Virus record (IMG/VR): IMGVR_UViG_3300020579_000012
Location: 1-64,000 of that record
Length of the DNA: 64,000 bases
Source of the DNA: a virus
Reading direction: 5' to 3' (one strand)
The notes beneath the pieces are model-generated. The model did not search any database. It saw nothing but the letters and a program-made list of their open reading frames with translations, and was not told where the DNA came from. The position numbers and the translations under genes are program-made. Shown piece by piece: positions 16,636 through 24,458 of the stretch; position 1 is the first letter of the stretch, and each line of letters begins with the position of its first letter.

Positions 16636-16800
16636 CTACGCCTCCACCCATTTCCCGTTCTCGCATCTCCGCTTCAGGTGCCCGGCCTCGTCCCGAGGTT
16701 CCGTCATCGGCTTCGGGTTCGACTTCCTGCCTTTGGTGGCCCAGAAATAGACATGGATCACATTTCCGATCCACCACTTAACAGGGTTCATGAATGTCAT
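16636..16800 (-). CDS. small hypothetical protein (54 aa)
   Basis: Own translation: MTFMNPVKWWIGNVIHVYFWATKGRKSNPKP... ATGA overlap upstream; TAG followed directly by ATG downstream. Confidence 0.35.
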   Translation of the reverse strand: MTFMNPVKWWIGNVIHVYFWATKGRKSNPKPMTEPRDEAGHLKRRCENGKWVEA

Positions 16801-16982
16801 GATTTGGCTCTCGTAATTCTTAGGTCGCCCATCTCGAACTCTGCCGCCTCTAGCGCCTTGTTCAGCGCCTTCAACTCGGCCTCGCCGTAGGCTTCAACCT
16901 GCCCCTCGTCGAGAGACTCCGCGAAGTTGAGCGCCGCGATCCAGACCTTTTCGAGTAGCTTCACCTGATCGGATGGATTCAT
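16797..16982 (-). CDS. small acidic hypothetical protein
   Basis: ORF track, 61 aa. Confidence 0.5.
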   Translation of the reverse strand: MNPSDQVKLLEKVWIAALNFAESLDEGQVEAYGEAELKALNKALEAAEFEMGDLRITRAKS

Positions 16983-17003
16983 ATACGGTTCTCCAGGTAG
17001 CTC

Positions 17004-17153
17004 TTAGAAGAAATCCCTTCCCGCCGTGCAGGAGTACACGTCCCGCACGTCATCCCACTGGGCTTTGAGGAAGTCGTACTCCTCCAGGTCCACCGCCTCC
17101 GTTGCAGCATAGTCCAGGGCGATCATCCAGAGGAGCATGTCGTCTTTCGTCAT
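17004..17153 (-). CDS. small acidic hypothetical protein (49 aa), weak paralogue of 16797..16982
   Basis: Own translation: MTKDDMLLWMIALDYAATEAVDLEEYDFLKAQW... Compare KVWIAALNFAESLDEGQVEAY in 16797..16982. Confidence 0.3.
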   Translation of the reverse strand: MTKDDMLLWMIALDYAATEAVDLEEYDFLKAQWDDVRDVYSCTAGRDFF

Positions 17154-17158
17154 AGCGT

Positions 17159-17332
17159 TCATTTGTCCAGATCAGGAACTCTACGCCCCCTGAGCGCCAG
17201 CATCAGGCGGGCACTACCCCGGTCCCAATTCTTCTGGTCGTGCGGCGACATCTTCTCGTAAGGCACAAGCATCGCCCGCTTCGCCCTCTTGATGCCGCGT
17301 TCCAGTCTCTTCTTCTTCCCAGCCTCACTCAT
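17159..17332 (-). CDS. small basic protein
   Basis: ATG at 17332 (MSEAGKKKRLERGIKRAKRAM...). Confidence 0.4.
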   Translation of the reverse strand: MSEAGKKKRLERGIKRAKRAMLVPYEKMSPHDQKNWDRGSARLMLALRGRRVPDLDK

Positions 17333-17366
17333 TCTGTGCTCCCTTTTGCAATCGTTCCTACTCGCC

Positions 17367-17570
17367 TTATTCGGAATTACGTACCATCGGAAGATCGTCC
17401 AATGGGACTGACTTATGATTCTCCCACTGGATCGAATGCCACACCCCGTCACCATGAAGTATGGCGTAGTGCGGCGGATCATGGGGCCTCGATCCTTGAC
17501 ACCAAACGAACGCCTCTCCACTCCACGTCCCTTCGACCTTGTACACCGAGACGCACCTTTCGTTCAGCAC
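17367..17570 (-). CDS. hypothetical protein
   Basis: ORF track, 67 aa (non-ATG start). Confidence 0.4.
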   Translation of the reverse strand: MLNERCVSVYKVEGTWSGEAFVWCQGSRPHDPPHYAILHGDGVWHSIQWENHKSVPLDDLPMVRNSE

Positions 17571-17786
17571 TCAATACCTCCTCCGCGTCATCGGTGCCTC
17601 GGCCTTCTTCGTACACACGAAGCAGTATTCAACGGAAATGAACTTCACCATCGTCTCTGTAAAGGTCGGCACCAGAAACCTAAAGCCCGTAATTCCCTTC
17701 GCCTTCAGGCCGTAGTCGCAGGAAGAGTTAATGGTCGCTATCGCTTTCAACTCTACTCCGCAGCCATCGCACTTCGTAATCTGCAT
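17571..17786 (-). CDS. small zinc-ribbon protein
   Basis: ATG at 17786 follows AGAGGTAAAG (MQITKCDGCG...CFVC). Confidence 0.55.
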   Translation of the reverse strand: MQITKCDGCGVELKAIATINSSCDYGLKAKGITGFRFLVPTFTETMVKFISVEYCFVCTKKAEAPMTRRRY

Positions 17787-17788
17787 CT

Positions 17789-18133
17789 TTACCTCTTCTG
17801 TGCCAACCCGTTCACGAAAGGAAGCGCCTTCTTCACGCACTCGAGATGCAGGCCGTTGTAGTCGCATACCTCGGGTGCATTTTGAGGAAGGATACGCATT
17901 GAAATGGCGGGTTCGATTCCCATCTCCATCGCAACCCAGCCAGAGCTGTCGTGGTAGACCCTGTAAGCCGTAGCCTTGACCGATTTCCCACAGTAGGCGC
18001 AACGCCATTGAGGGCATTCTCTGAGCGACTGAGCTGAGGCAACCGCTCTTTTAAGATCCGCTTCCGAAGGCTCCGCATGACAGCCATCGTGACTGCATTT
18101 TGAGACTTCGACCTGAACTCCGTTTATGATCAT
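17789..18133 (-). CDS. Cys/His-rich protein
   Basis: ORF track, 114 aa; GGAGGAAAT upstream of the ATG. Confidence 0.6.
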   Translation of the reverse strand: MIINGVQVEVSKCSHDGCHAEPSEADLKRAVASAQSLRECPQWRCAYCGKSVKATAYRVYHDSSGWVAMEMGIEPAISMRILPQNAPEVCDYNGLHLECVKKALPFVNGLAQKR

Positions 18134-18141
18134 ATTTCCTC

Positions 18142-18420
18142 CTACAGAGCCTTCTTCTTCCTGTCGTACTCTGGAACAAAGTCGTTCACGAGATCGTGCT
18201 GTAGCTTTTGGTCGTACTCAGGCGTCTTCGACGGCTTTGTGAAAGCTCCGCGCCACTCCTCGTCGACATATCCGAGAAAGGTGTGCGCTTCCGCTAGGAG
18301 GTACTCGAAGTTATTCTCGAGCTTCTTCTTCCGATTCGGATCCGTCTCCTCCCACCACGCCTGCCACGTCTTCTCCAGGGTATTGACCACGCGCCGTAGA
18401 TTGCTAATTGGCATTCCCAT
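18142..18420 (-). CDS. hypothetical protein
   Basis: ATG at 18420 follows GGAGGT. Confidence 0.5.
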   Translation of the reverse strand: MGMPISNLRRVVNTLEKTWQAWWEETDPNRKKKLENNFEYLLAEAHTFLGYVDEEWRGAFTKPSKTPEYDQKLQHDLVNDFVPEYDRKKKAL

Positions 18421-18474
18421 TCCCACAGATACCTCCACATCATTGCTAAGGTTCCTACTCACGAATCTTTAAGA

Positions 18475-18507
18475 GGAGCCCGTCAACGGGGGAACCCGCC
18501 GGGCTCC
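18475..18507 (-). terminator. GC-rich stem-loop (GGAGCCCG/CGGGCTCC) between genes
   Basis: 8-bp perfect stem read directly; no clear U-tract. Confidence 0.3.
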
Positions 18508-18563
18508 AAAGGAAGTTGGATATCAATATAAGCACTCATCTTTACTTCTATGCAAACCTAGAC

Positions 18564-19106
18564 TCAAGACTCTCCCCTCATCGTCTCTTCGTTCAGCTTC
18601 TTGACACTGATCTCTCCGCGCGCGAGCTGGCCGAGAAGATCTCCGCCATGCCGTACACCGTCGTCACGCTGACTCCTCAAGGCCGCCCGCACCGCTAAGT
18701 CTAGGCGATCGATCACCTTCCCGGTCGCTGCCGGACCCTTATAGACCAGCGCCTTTTCGTAGAACGTGGTGTAGTAGGTTCGCCCACGGGTCTCCGTAGG
18801 AAGCGGAGAAACGTCTTTAGCGTAGGCGTCCCGATGAGACTTCGACGGAGTCAAAACTCGTCTAGTCAATGCCTGAAACGCCTCAACCATCTCCTTCCTA
18901 ATCTCGTCATCACGAACGAAGAAGTGGGGCCAGTCTGGAACGAGCCGGAATAGAGCCTCTTCTTTACTCTCCTCTTTGTGGTCTGCGTCCATCTTGACGG
19001 CCCTGCCGAGCGAGAGAAGTTTCGCGCATTCGTCGCAAAGACGATCAGCATAGCGCCAACCCTTCTTTCCGCAACCGTGGCAGGGCTTATAAGTTCCGCC
19101 GCTCAT
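18564..19106 (-). CDS. hypothetical protein with N-terminal zinc ribbon
   Basis: ATG at 19106 (MSGGTYKPCHGCG...CDEC). Confidence 0.6.
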   Translation of the reverse strand: MSGGTYKPCHGCGKKGWRYADRLCDECAKLLSLGRAVKMDADHKEESKEEALFRLVPDWPHFFVRDDEIRKEMVEAFQALTRRVLTPSKSHRDAYAKDVSPLPTETRGRTYYTTFYEKALVYKGPAATGKVIDRLDLAVRAALRSQRDDGVRHGGDLLGQLARGEISVKKLNEETMRGES

Positions 19107-19216
19107 AAAGTCTCCGTGTACACGATCACTTCGCCTTGGAATGCTCACGGACCTTGACGAGAATCTTCTCGAGGCTCTCTGGCGTCGTCCGAATCATTGA
19201 GTAGTCGAGCCTCGTT

Positions 19217-19522
19217 TCACCGACCAGCCATACCTTTGGTTGGACCCTGTGCATCCGTTCCTCCTTCTTCTTCGATGCCATGCGCCTTTATAATCGCGCT
19301 CTCGACTGCAGGAATAACTGCCGCTGCGAGATCGCGCAGGATCCGCTCCTGAGCTGCGCTCGGACATTGCTCAGCAGCAGCGATCATGCCGTCTTTGAAG
19401 GCTGTCGAAACAATCCGAATCGTCGACATCAGCAGCGACTCGACGTCCCTCTCGAAAGACTCGGTCGACTTATCGCCGGTCGCCCGCTTCGCCCATCGGT
19501 CAAGGAATTCATCCTTCGTCAC
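19217..19522 (-). CDS. hypothetical protein
   Basis: ORF track, 101 aa. Confidence 0.55.
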   Translation of the reverse strand: MTKDEFLDRWAKRATGDKSTESFERDVESLLMSTIRIVSTAFKDGMIAAAEQCPSAAQERILRDLAAAVIPAVESAIIKAHGIEEEGGTDAQGPTKGMAGR

Positions 19523-19565
19523 GTCGCTACCCCTGTATAATTCATCCGGACACTTGCCCCTACTG

Positions 19566-19606
19566 GGGCGGGCCGCCGCTGGGGTGTTCCCGGCGACGGC
19601 CCGCCC
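19566..19606 (-). terminator. 10-bp GC stem-loop (GGGCGGGCCG/CGGCCCGCCC)
   Basis: Read directly; sits between the stop at 19611 and the next start at 19522. Confidence 0.35.
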
Positions 19607-19610
19607 TTCT

Positions 19611-20246
19611 CTAGCAGCCGGTCGCAGTTCCTTGAGACTTCCGATGTAACTCGAGAGCTGTCCGGAATGACTTCACTTCTGTCTCGTTGCGATTGAGCGA
19701 CGGGGACTTGAGCACGATCGCCTCAGCAAGGACCAGGAGACGCCCGAACGGCTTCGTAGCGAGCTTAGATTTTTCGTTGGCCTCTTTGATACGGATCTCT
19801 GCCAGCTCGACCGCCCGCTCGGACTCACGAGCGACGTCATGCGATCTCCCTGCGCGACGCTCGGACTTGTCGCGAGCGATCTGCATCGTCGTGAGAGTGT
19901 TCTGAAGCGTCACGGTCTTCTGTTCAGCGGAAGCCGTCCGGACGAGCAAAAGTTTCTCGTTCTCGGTGAACTTATCGAGCTGGCGCTTGTAGTCGACGAG
20001 TGCTCGGTCCTTCTGACCGACTTCCTTCCGGAGACCGTCGACCTGTCCCTGGAGCTCCTTATCGGTCCGGGCCATCTTCAGGCGGACGTTCTCGGCTTCG
20101 AGGCGGATCACCTGGGCGTTCTTCTCGCGAACGAGGGACTTCAAACTGAGAACCTCAGACTCGAAATCCGAGCTTCGTTTCGTAAGGTTCACGATCCGAA
20201 GCTCCAACGCGATCCGATCATCCGACTCCGTCAGCTCCAGGCCCAT
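19611..20246 (-). CDS. coiled-coil protein
   Basis: ATG at 20246 follows AGGAGA. Heptad-like, charged sequence throughout. Confidence 0.6.
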   Translation of the reverse strand: MGLELTESDDRIALELRIVNLTKRSSDFESEVLSLKSLVREKNAQVIRLEAENVRLKMARTDKELQGQVDGLRKEVGQKDRALVDYKRQLDKFTENEKLLLVRTASAEQKTVTLQNTLTTMQIARDKSERRAGRSHDVARESERAVELAEIRIKEANEKSKLATKPFGRLLVLAEAIVLKSPSLNRNETEVKSFRTALELHRKSQGTATGC

Positions 20247-20274
20247 TTCTCTGTCTCCTACCATCGAAAATTAC

Positions 20275-20391
20275 TTAGTACGCGATCATCCGAAACACTC
20301 GAACGGCGACACCAAGAACAGCACCCAGTAGAATGATCGTTGCGGAAACGATCAGAATACACTCGATCACGTCCCTCGTCTCCTTCCTCAT
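20275..20391 (-). CDS. small single-pass membrane protein (38 aa)
   Basis: ATG at 20391 (MRKETRDVIECILIVSATIILLGAVLGVAV...). Confidence 0.4.
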   Translation of the reverse strand: MRKETRDVIECILIVSATIILLGAVLGVAVRVFRMIAY

Positions 20392-20416
20392 CCTGCACTG
20401 AATCGTAGTACTGTGC

Positions 20417-20791
20417 TTACCTAAGATCGTACTTATCCTGCCACGCAGAGATTCTCTTCTCGTCCCGTACAAGCTCTCCCTGATGGACAGACCAGATTCC
20501 TTTTTGATCTACACAGTGCTCGCCCATCGCTTTACAACCTGAAGCGACACAAACCCACCTAGCGTCCTGGATATGGTGCTGATGCCGATAAAGGCACGAC
20601 TGGGAAGTGCAGTTGGCTCCCCAGCCTATACTGTGGCCGCAGTGGACGATATCCCGAAGTGCTACGTAGTGCTTCTTGTGGCGTCCAAAAGAGCATGGGT
20701 TTGAACGGATCACCATCGAAAGAAACATCACTGTGACGACACATATGACCACCACGACCGGGATCATCAAGGCGTATTCGAAATCGGTCAT
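20417..20791 (-). CDS. N-terminally anchored Cys/His-rich protein
   Basis: TM segment IPVVVVICVVTVMFLSMVI followed by many Cys and His residues. Confidence 0.55.
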   Translation of the reverse strand: MTDFEYALMIPVVVVICVVTVMFLSMVIRSNPCSFGRHKKHYVALRDIVHCGHSIGWGANCTSQSCLYRHQHHIQDARWVCVASGCKAMGEHCVDQKGIWSVHQGELVRDEKRISAWQDKYDLR

Positions 20792-21501
20792 TTGCTATTC
20801 TCAAGAGCTAGTTTTACGAGAGTTTCAACGGTGAATTTATCGTCGACAGCCCCGTAGTACAGGTCTTTCGGAATAACCTCCTCGCGGGTCAGACATGAGC
20901 TCTCTGTAGTCGAAAACTGCCAGCCAGGGTAGTCCTCGACACCGTAGACCTTGTTGTCGATCCGGCGCCAGTCCCGGCCGAAGAGGGCATCGTGCCGGAC
21001 CCAGAAGAAGGTCCCGGCCCAGCACCAGCCGCCGCGAAACGGCATGTCCGTCGGAAGGTGCGTCCAACGAAGGCAGCCGACCGTCCCGAAGCGTTCGAGG
21101 CGCCGATCGATCACACCAGGGAATAGCAGGTTTGCACGGTACAGAAGCTCCGTCCAGCGCCGGACCGGCTCACGGAAGAAATCGTTCTTCGTAACGCCCT
21201 TTGCGTGCGCATAGAAAGTCGCCTCGTCCGACCGCCTGGACTCAAGCATCCCGAGTCCCTCAAGGAAGTACGCAGTCTCGGCGAGTGCAGGATTATTCCG
21301 GCGGACCAGGATCTCGGCTTCGAGCGGCGAAAGCTTGTCGCGAAGCTCGGCCTCCGGAGCGGTCCGGTCGTCGAGCGCCAGGATGACAATCCGGCGACCG
21401 TTCCAGACGTGCCGGTACTCGCGCAGGCGATCGACGTGCCAGGGCCAAAGCGTCCCACGAATCGGATAGCAGTGGAATAGGAGGTTACGGGTCATCGTCA
21501 T
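20788..21501 (-). CDS. hypothetical protein (adjacent to the glycosyltransferase cluster)
   Basis: ORF track, 237 aa; no motif I can name. Confidence 0.6.
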   Translation of the reverse strand: MTMTRNLLFHCYPIRGTLWPWHVDRLREYRHVWNGRRIVILALDDRTAPEAELRDKLSPLEAEILVRRNNPALAETAYFLEGLGMLESRRSDEATFYAHAKGVTKNDFFREPVRRWTELLYRANLLFPGVIDRRLERFGTVGCLRWTHLPTDMPFRGGWCWAGTFFWVRHDALFGRDWRRIDNKVYGVEDYPGWQFSTTESSCLTREEVIPKDLYYGAVDDKFTVETLVKLALENSK

Positions 21502-21559
21502 TGCCAGTTTCCGAGGTCCTTCCGCATCTGCGCCAGCACGTACTCAACCCAGTCGGCGG

Positions 21560-22084
21560 TTATTTTTTTTTTTTTGAAATACGTCTATTCAACTGTTGCT
21601 GAATTCCGGTTGCCCAACGGATGTTGCCGGGTTCGTAGTTCCCGTTATTTTCGATCCTATCGATCGATACTTTAGAGGAAGGCTTCCTTCCGATCTCATT
21701 AACTAAGTCGTTAAAGAAATCATAAAAAGACCTCCTCCAGCGAGCACATACAGATATGCCGCGGCCTCCGTAGTTTTTGAAATTTGTGTGGTTTTTATTA
21801 TGGCACCTCTGAATCATTGCTTCCCAAGTTTGGTACTCAGGTTTGAATTCAGGTTTTCTAGACATTCCGTGAGTTCTATTTAAGAAACGCTCATCTCGAA
21901 TACATCCGCAAGATCTCGTTGGATGCCCAGACCTTGAAAGTGAACTTCCGTTCACATCAACTATCTTTCCGCAAAGGCATTTACATCTAAATCTTCTATC
22001 TCTGTTTCTGCCTTTAACGCCTATAAATTTAAGGACAGTTAATCTCCCAAATTTCTCTCTGACAGAAACGGATGCCGGTCTCAT
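21560..22084 (-). CDS. homing-endonuclease-like DNA-binding protein in an AT-rich island
   Basis: FGRLTVL...CKCLCG...SCGC, then YGGRGISVCARW...SIDRIENNGNYEPGNIRWAT. This pattern is common in phage HNH/AP2-like mobile genes. Visibly lower GC than the flanks. Confidence 0.6.
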   Translation of the reverse strand: MRPASVSVREKFGRLTVLKFIGVKGRNRDRRFRCKCLCGKIVDVNGSSLSRSGHPTRSCGCIRDERFLNRTHGMSRKPEFKPEYQTWEAMIQRCHNKNHTNFKNYGGRGISVCARWRRSFYDFFNDLVNEIGRKPSSKVSIDRIENNGNYEPGNIRWATGIQQQLNRRISKKKK

Positions 22085-22095
22085 CCTTTAAGTCT

Positions 22096-22878
22096 CTACT
22101 TTACAGAGGTAATCGAAAAAGATGAGACCTTCCAAGCACCGCCAGCAGCGACTACGAACAGGCGTCCGGATATCGAGACCTTAACGGCCGGGTGCAATGA
22201 CGCCTGCTTCCAGTCAACGTGATTCTTCGAGAAGTCTTTTCCATCCAGCTGCACGATCAGTGCTTCCCGGCGAACCATCAGCTTGACTGTTCTTGGTTTC
22301 CCTGACTTGAAGACACACCCATTCGCGTGCTCGCCCTCGCCTCCGCCGACAAGCGCGAGGCAGCTCTTCGTGCCGTCGTAGCAGTCGAAGTGGAAGGCGC
22401 AGAGACCGCCAGGAACGACGATGCCGACGTCGAAGTCCTTGTTTCCGGAGTCTCCGCGCTCGACGATGAGCGTCAGATCATACTCCTCAGGAAGAGGGCC
22501 GTAGTCAAACATCAGCGGTGCGCGCGTCGGCCAGGAGGCCGTTCCTACGAGGGTTCGTCCGACGAGCTTCCAGCCTTCGGCTTTCTGAACGTCCGCCTTC
22601 AAGAGCAGGTCGGTCGTCGCGGTCTGTTTTGTGGGGAAGGATATCGACGCCCCGGTCAGCGGTCCTGCAGCAGGAGCGGCTGGGTCCTCAGACGGTACCG
22701 ACAAACGCTCGACGTCTGCCTTGCGGACGCTGACGGTCCGACCGTCCTTTGTTTGGATAGAGTAGTTATCTCCGTCATCGGAGAGCGACTTCCAGGCGAG
22801 GCGCTTCCCGTCCCGGAGGAGCATCTCGTCGGCGGAACATGGGAGTGCTAACAGGAACGCGATCACAAAGAACCGCAT
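22096..22878 (-). CDS. secreted protein (signal peptide), beta-sandwich-like
   Basis: MRFFVIAFLLALPCSA signal peptide. The domain call is a guess only. Confidence 0.7.
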   Translation of the reverse strand: MRFFVIAFLLALPCSADEMLLRDGKRLAWKSLSDDGDNYSIQTKDGRTVSVRKADVERLSVPSEDPAAPAAGPLTGASISFPTKQTATTDLLLKADVQKAEGWKLVGRTLVGTASWPTRAPLMFDYGPLPEEYDLTLIVERGDSGNKDFDVGIVVPGGLCAFHFDCYDGTKSCLALVGGGEGEHANGCVFKSGKPRTVKLMVRREALIVQLDGKDFSKNHVDWKQASLHPAVKVSISGRLFVVAAGGAWKVSSFSITSVK

Positions 22879-23028
22879 AACGACCTCACTTTCTCTTTAG
22901 GACGTCCCAATACGGTGTTTTGCACTTGCCACATCTACGTGGATGAGGGTCTTTGGAATGCCAGACACAGCCCTTCCGTAGACACTTGTGCTCGTACAGC
23001 CTGATCGTGATTCTCATCATGCACCGTC

Positions 23029-23057
23029 AGTGTACACCATCAGTGTACACTTGTCAA
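23029..23057 (-). promoter_or_regulatory. sigma70-like promoter TTGACA-N17-TACACT overlapped by GTGTACAC palindromes
   Basis: Minus strand: TTGACAAGTGTACACTGATGGTGTACACT. Spacing counted by hand. Confidence 0.4.
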
Positions 23058-23064
23058 TGTAAAA

Positions 23065-23802
23065 TCACTGTACACCCATTTTCGAATAGACCGGATGCTT
23101 CCGGACATCCGCGCGCTCCTGGTCGGTCATGTCGTGCCACTGCTTCCAGCGACCCTCACGGACCTCGCGCCAGACACCGAATGCGGTGTCGTACTCGACC
23201 TTCTGGTCGAGCTCCTTCTTCTCGATCGCCTCAGCGGTCGAGGCGCTTCCGCGATGCCAGATCGGACAAGAGTGGACACGAACTGATCGGAGACAGAACG
23301 AATGCAGCGCACGGTGGATCGCATCCGAGTCAGACATGTAGAAGCGCATCCGCTCGTCGACCCCTCGCAACTTGTTCCAATAGTCTCGGCGAATCGCCGC
23401 AACGTAAAACTGGAGTTGGTCGGTCGTCAGACGGTCGTCGATCTGACGCTCATCGGAGATCTCACGCATAGCCTGTCGTGACGGCATCGGCTCCGAAGTC
23501 GGCGACGACCCGAACGGATCAGGCGTCGCGAAGGCAAGATCCGGATTCCGGTCGATCGCTTCGACGAGACGAAGGTCCCAGTCCGGACAAAGTGCAATGT
23601 CTGGGTTCATGATAACAATATAATCACCGCGTCCAGCCGCCGCGAGATCGTTCCAGAGTCTCGAGAGCGTCTTCGAATTACGACTGTTGTCAAAGTAATG
23701 GACTGCGGTTTTACAGGCGCTCATATTCGAGATGTCCTGACGGAGTCTTGGTAGGTACATGTCGGATCGGTACCCGACTAGAACAATGTCAACTTTCCTC
23801 AT
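23065..23802 (-). CDS. glycosyltransferase-like protein
   Basis: ATG at 23802 (MRKVDIVLVGYRS...IVIMNPD). GT-A-like start; weak call. Confidence 0.5.
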   Translation of the reverse strand: MRKVDIVLVGYRSDMYLPRLRQDISNMSACKTAVHYFDNSRNSKTLSRLWNDLAAAGRGDYIVIMNPDIALCPDWDLRLVEAIDRNPDLAFATPDPFGSSPTSEPMPSRQAMREISDERQIDDRLTTDQLQFYVAAIRRDYWNKLRGVDERMRFYMSDSDAIHRALHSFCLRSVRVHSCPIWHRGSASTAEAIEKKELDQKVEYDTAFGVWREVREGRWKQWHDMTDQERADVRKHPVYSKMGVQ

Positions 23803-23810
23803 AGCTTCCC

Positions 23811-24458
23811 TCAGTAGATATAAGCGATCACCTGATCTACCCAAATAAGAGCATCTTCCTTCTCCGGATAGAGATTTACAGTCGACTTTACATAGTCGAA
23901 ATCTCCGCTGTAATGGTTTCCGAAACGACCTACACGTCCAGGCACATTCGGTGCGACCAGCATAGGCGTTCCGACGTTCCCACACAGAATTTCTTTTGAT
24001 CGCCAGCAGTGTCCGTACGAATGCCTCGGAGAGCAGGCGAGCATCTTAAAGAGATGTGGACGGGTCGGGTTCTCAGAAACGACCTGACGGATACTGTCGA
24101 TTGCCCCTGGAGAATATGTGTCGTCGTCGTCCATTACGACGACATGGCTACCGAAAGCCTTCTCAAGGCCTACGTTTTTCTGGGCCTGTCCGACCATCTT
24201 AGTGACCGGTCCAACTGTGAATTTAGAATCGATCCAACGCCTGTAGAAATCGAGGATCTTCTCTGCTTCCGGAGACGGACCATCACTGATGACGAGCAGC
24301 TCATCGACATTCTTACGGAATCCGTTGTCGATGATGCTGCGGATCGTCTGCTGAAGCGTCGGACGTCCGACCGTCGGAACTATGATAGATAGCCTGATTT
24401 CGCTCAAGGCTGTACCTCGATCAATCTGTTTGTAATAAGTTCTGCGGTAATATCCCAT
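23811..24458 (-). CDS. family-2 (GT-A) glycosyltransferase
   Basis: LSIIVPTVGRP and VVMDDDDTY (DxD). An alternative TTG start at 24407 overlaps the upstream stop. Confidence 0.8.
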   Translation of the reverse strand: MGYYRRTYYKQIDRGTALSEIRLSIIVPTVGRPTLQQTIRSIIDNGFRKNVDELLVISDGPSPEAEKILDFYRRWIDSKFTVGPVTKMVGQAQKNVGLEKAFGSHVVVMDDDDTYSPGAIDSIRQVVSENPTRPHLFKMLACSPRHSYGHCWRSKEILCGNVGTPMLVAPNVPGRVGRFGNHYSGDFDYVKSTVNLYPEKEDALIWVDQVIAYIY

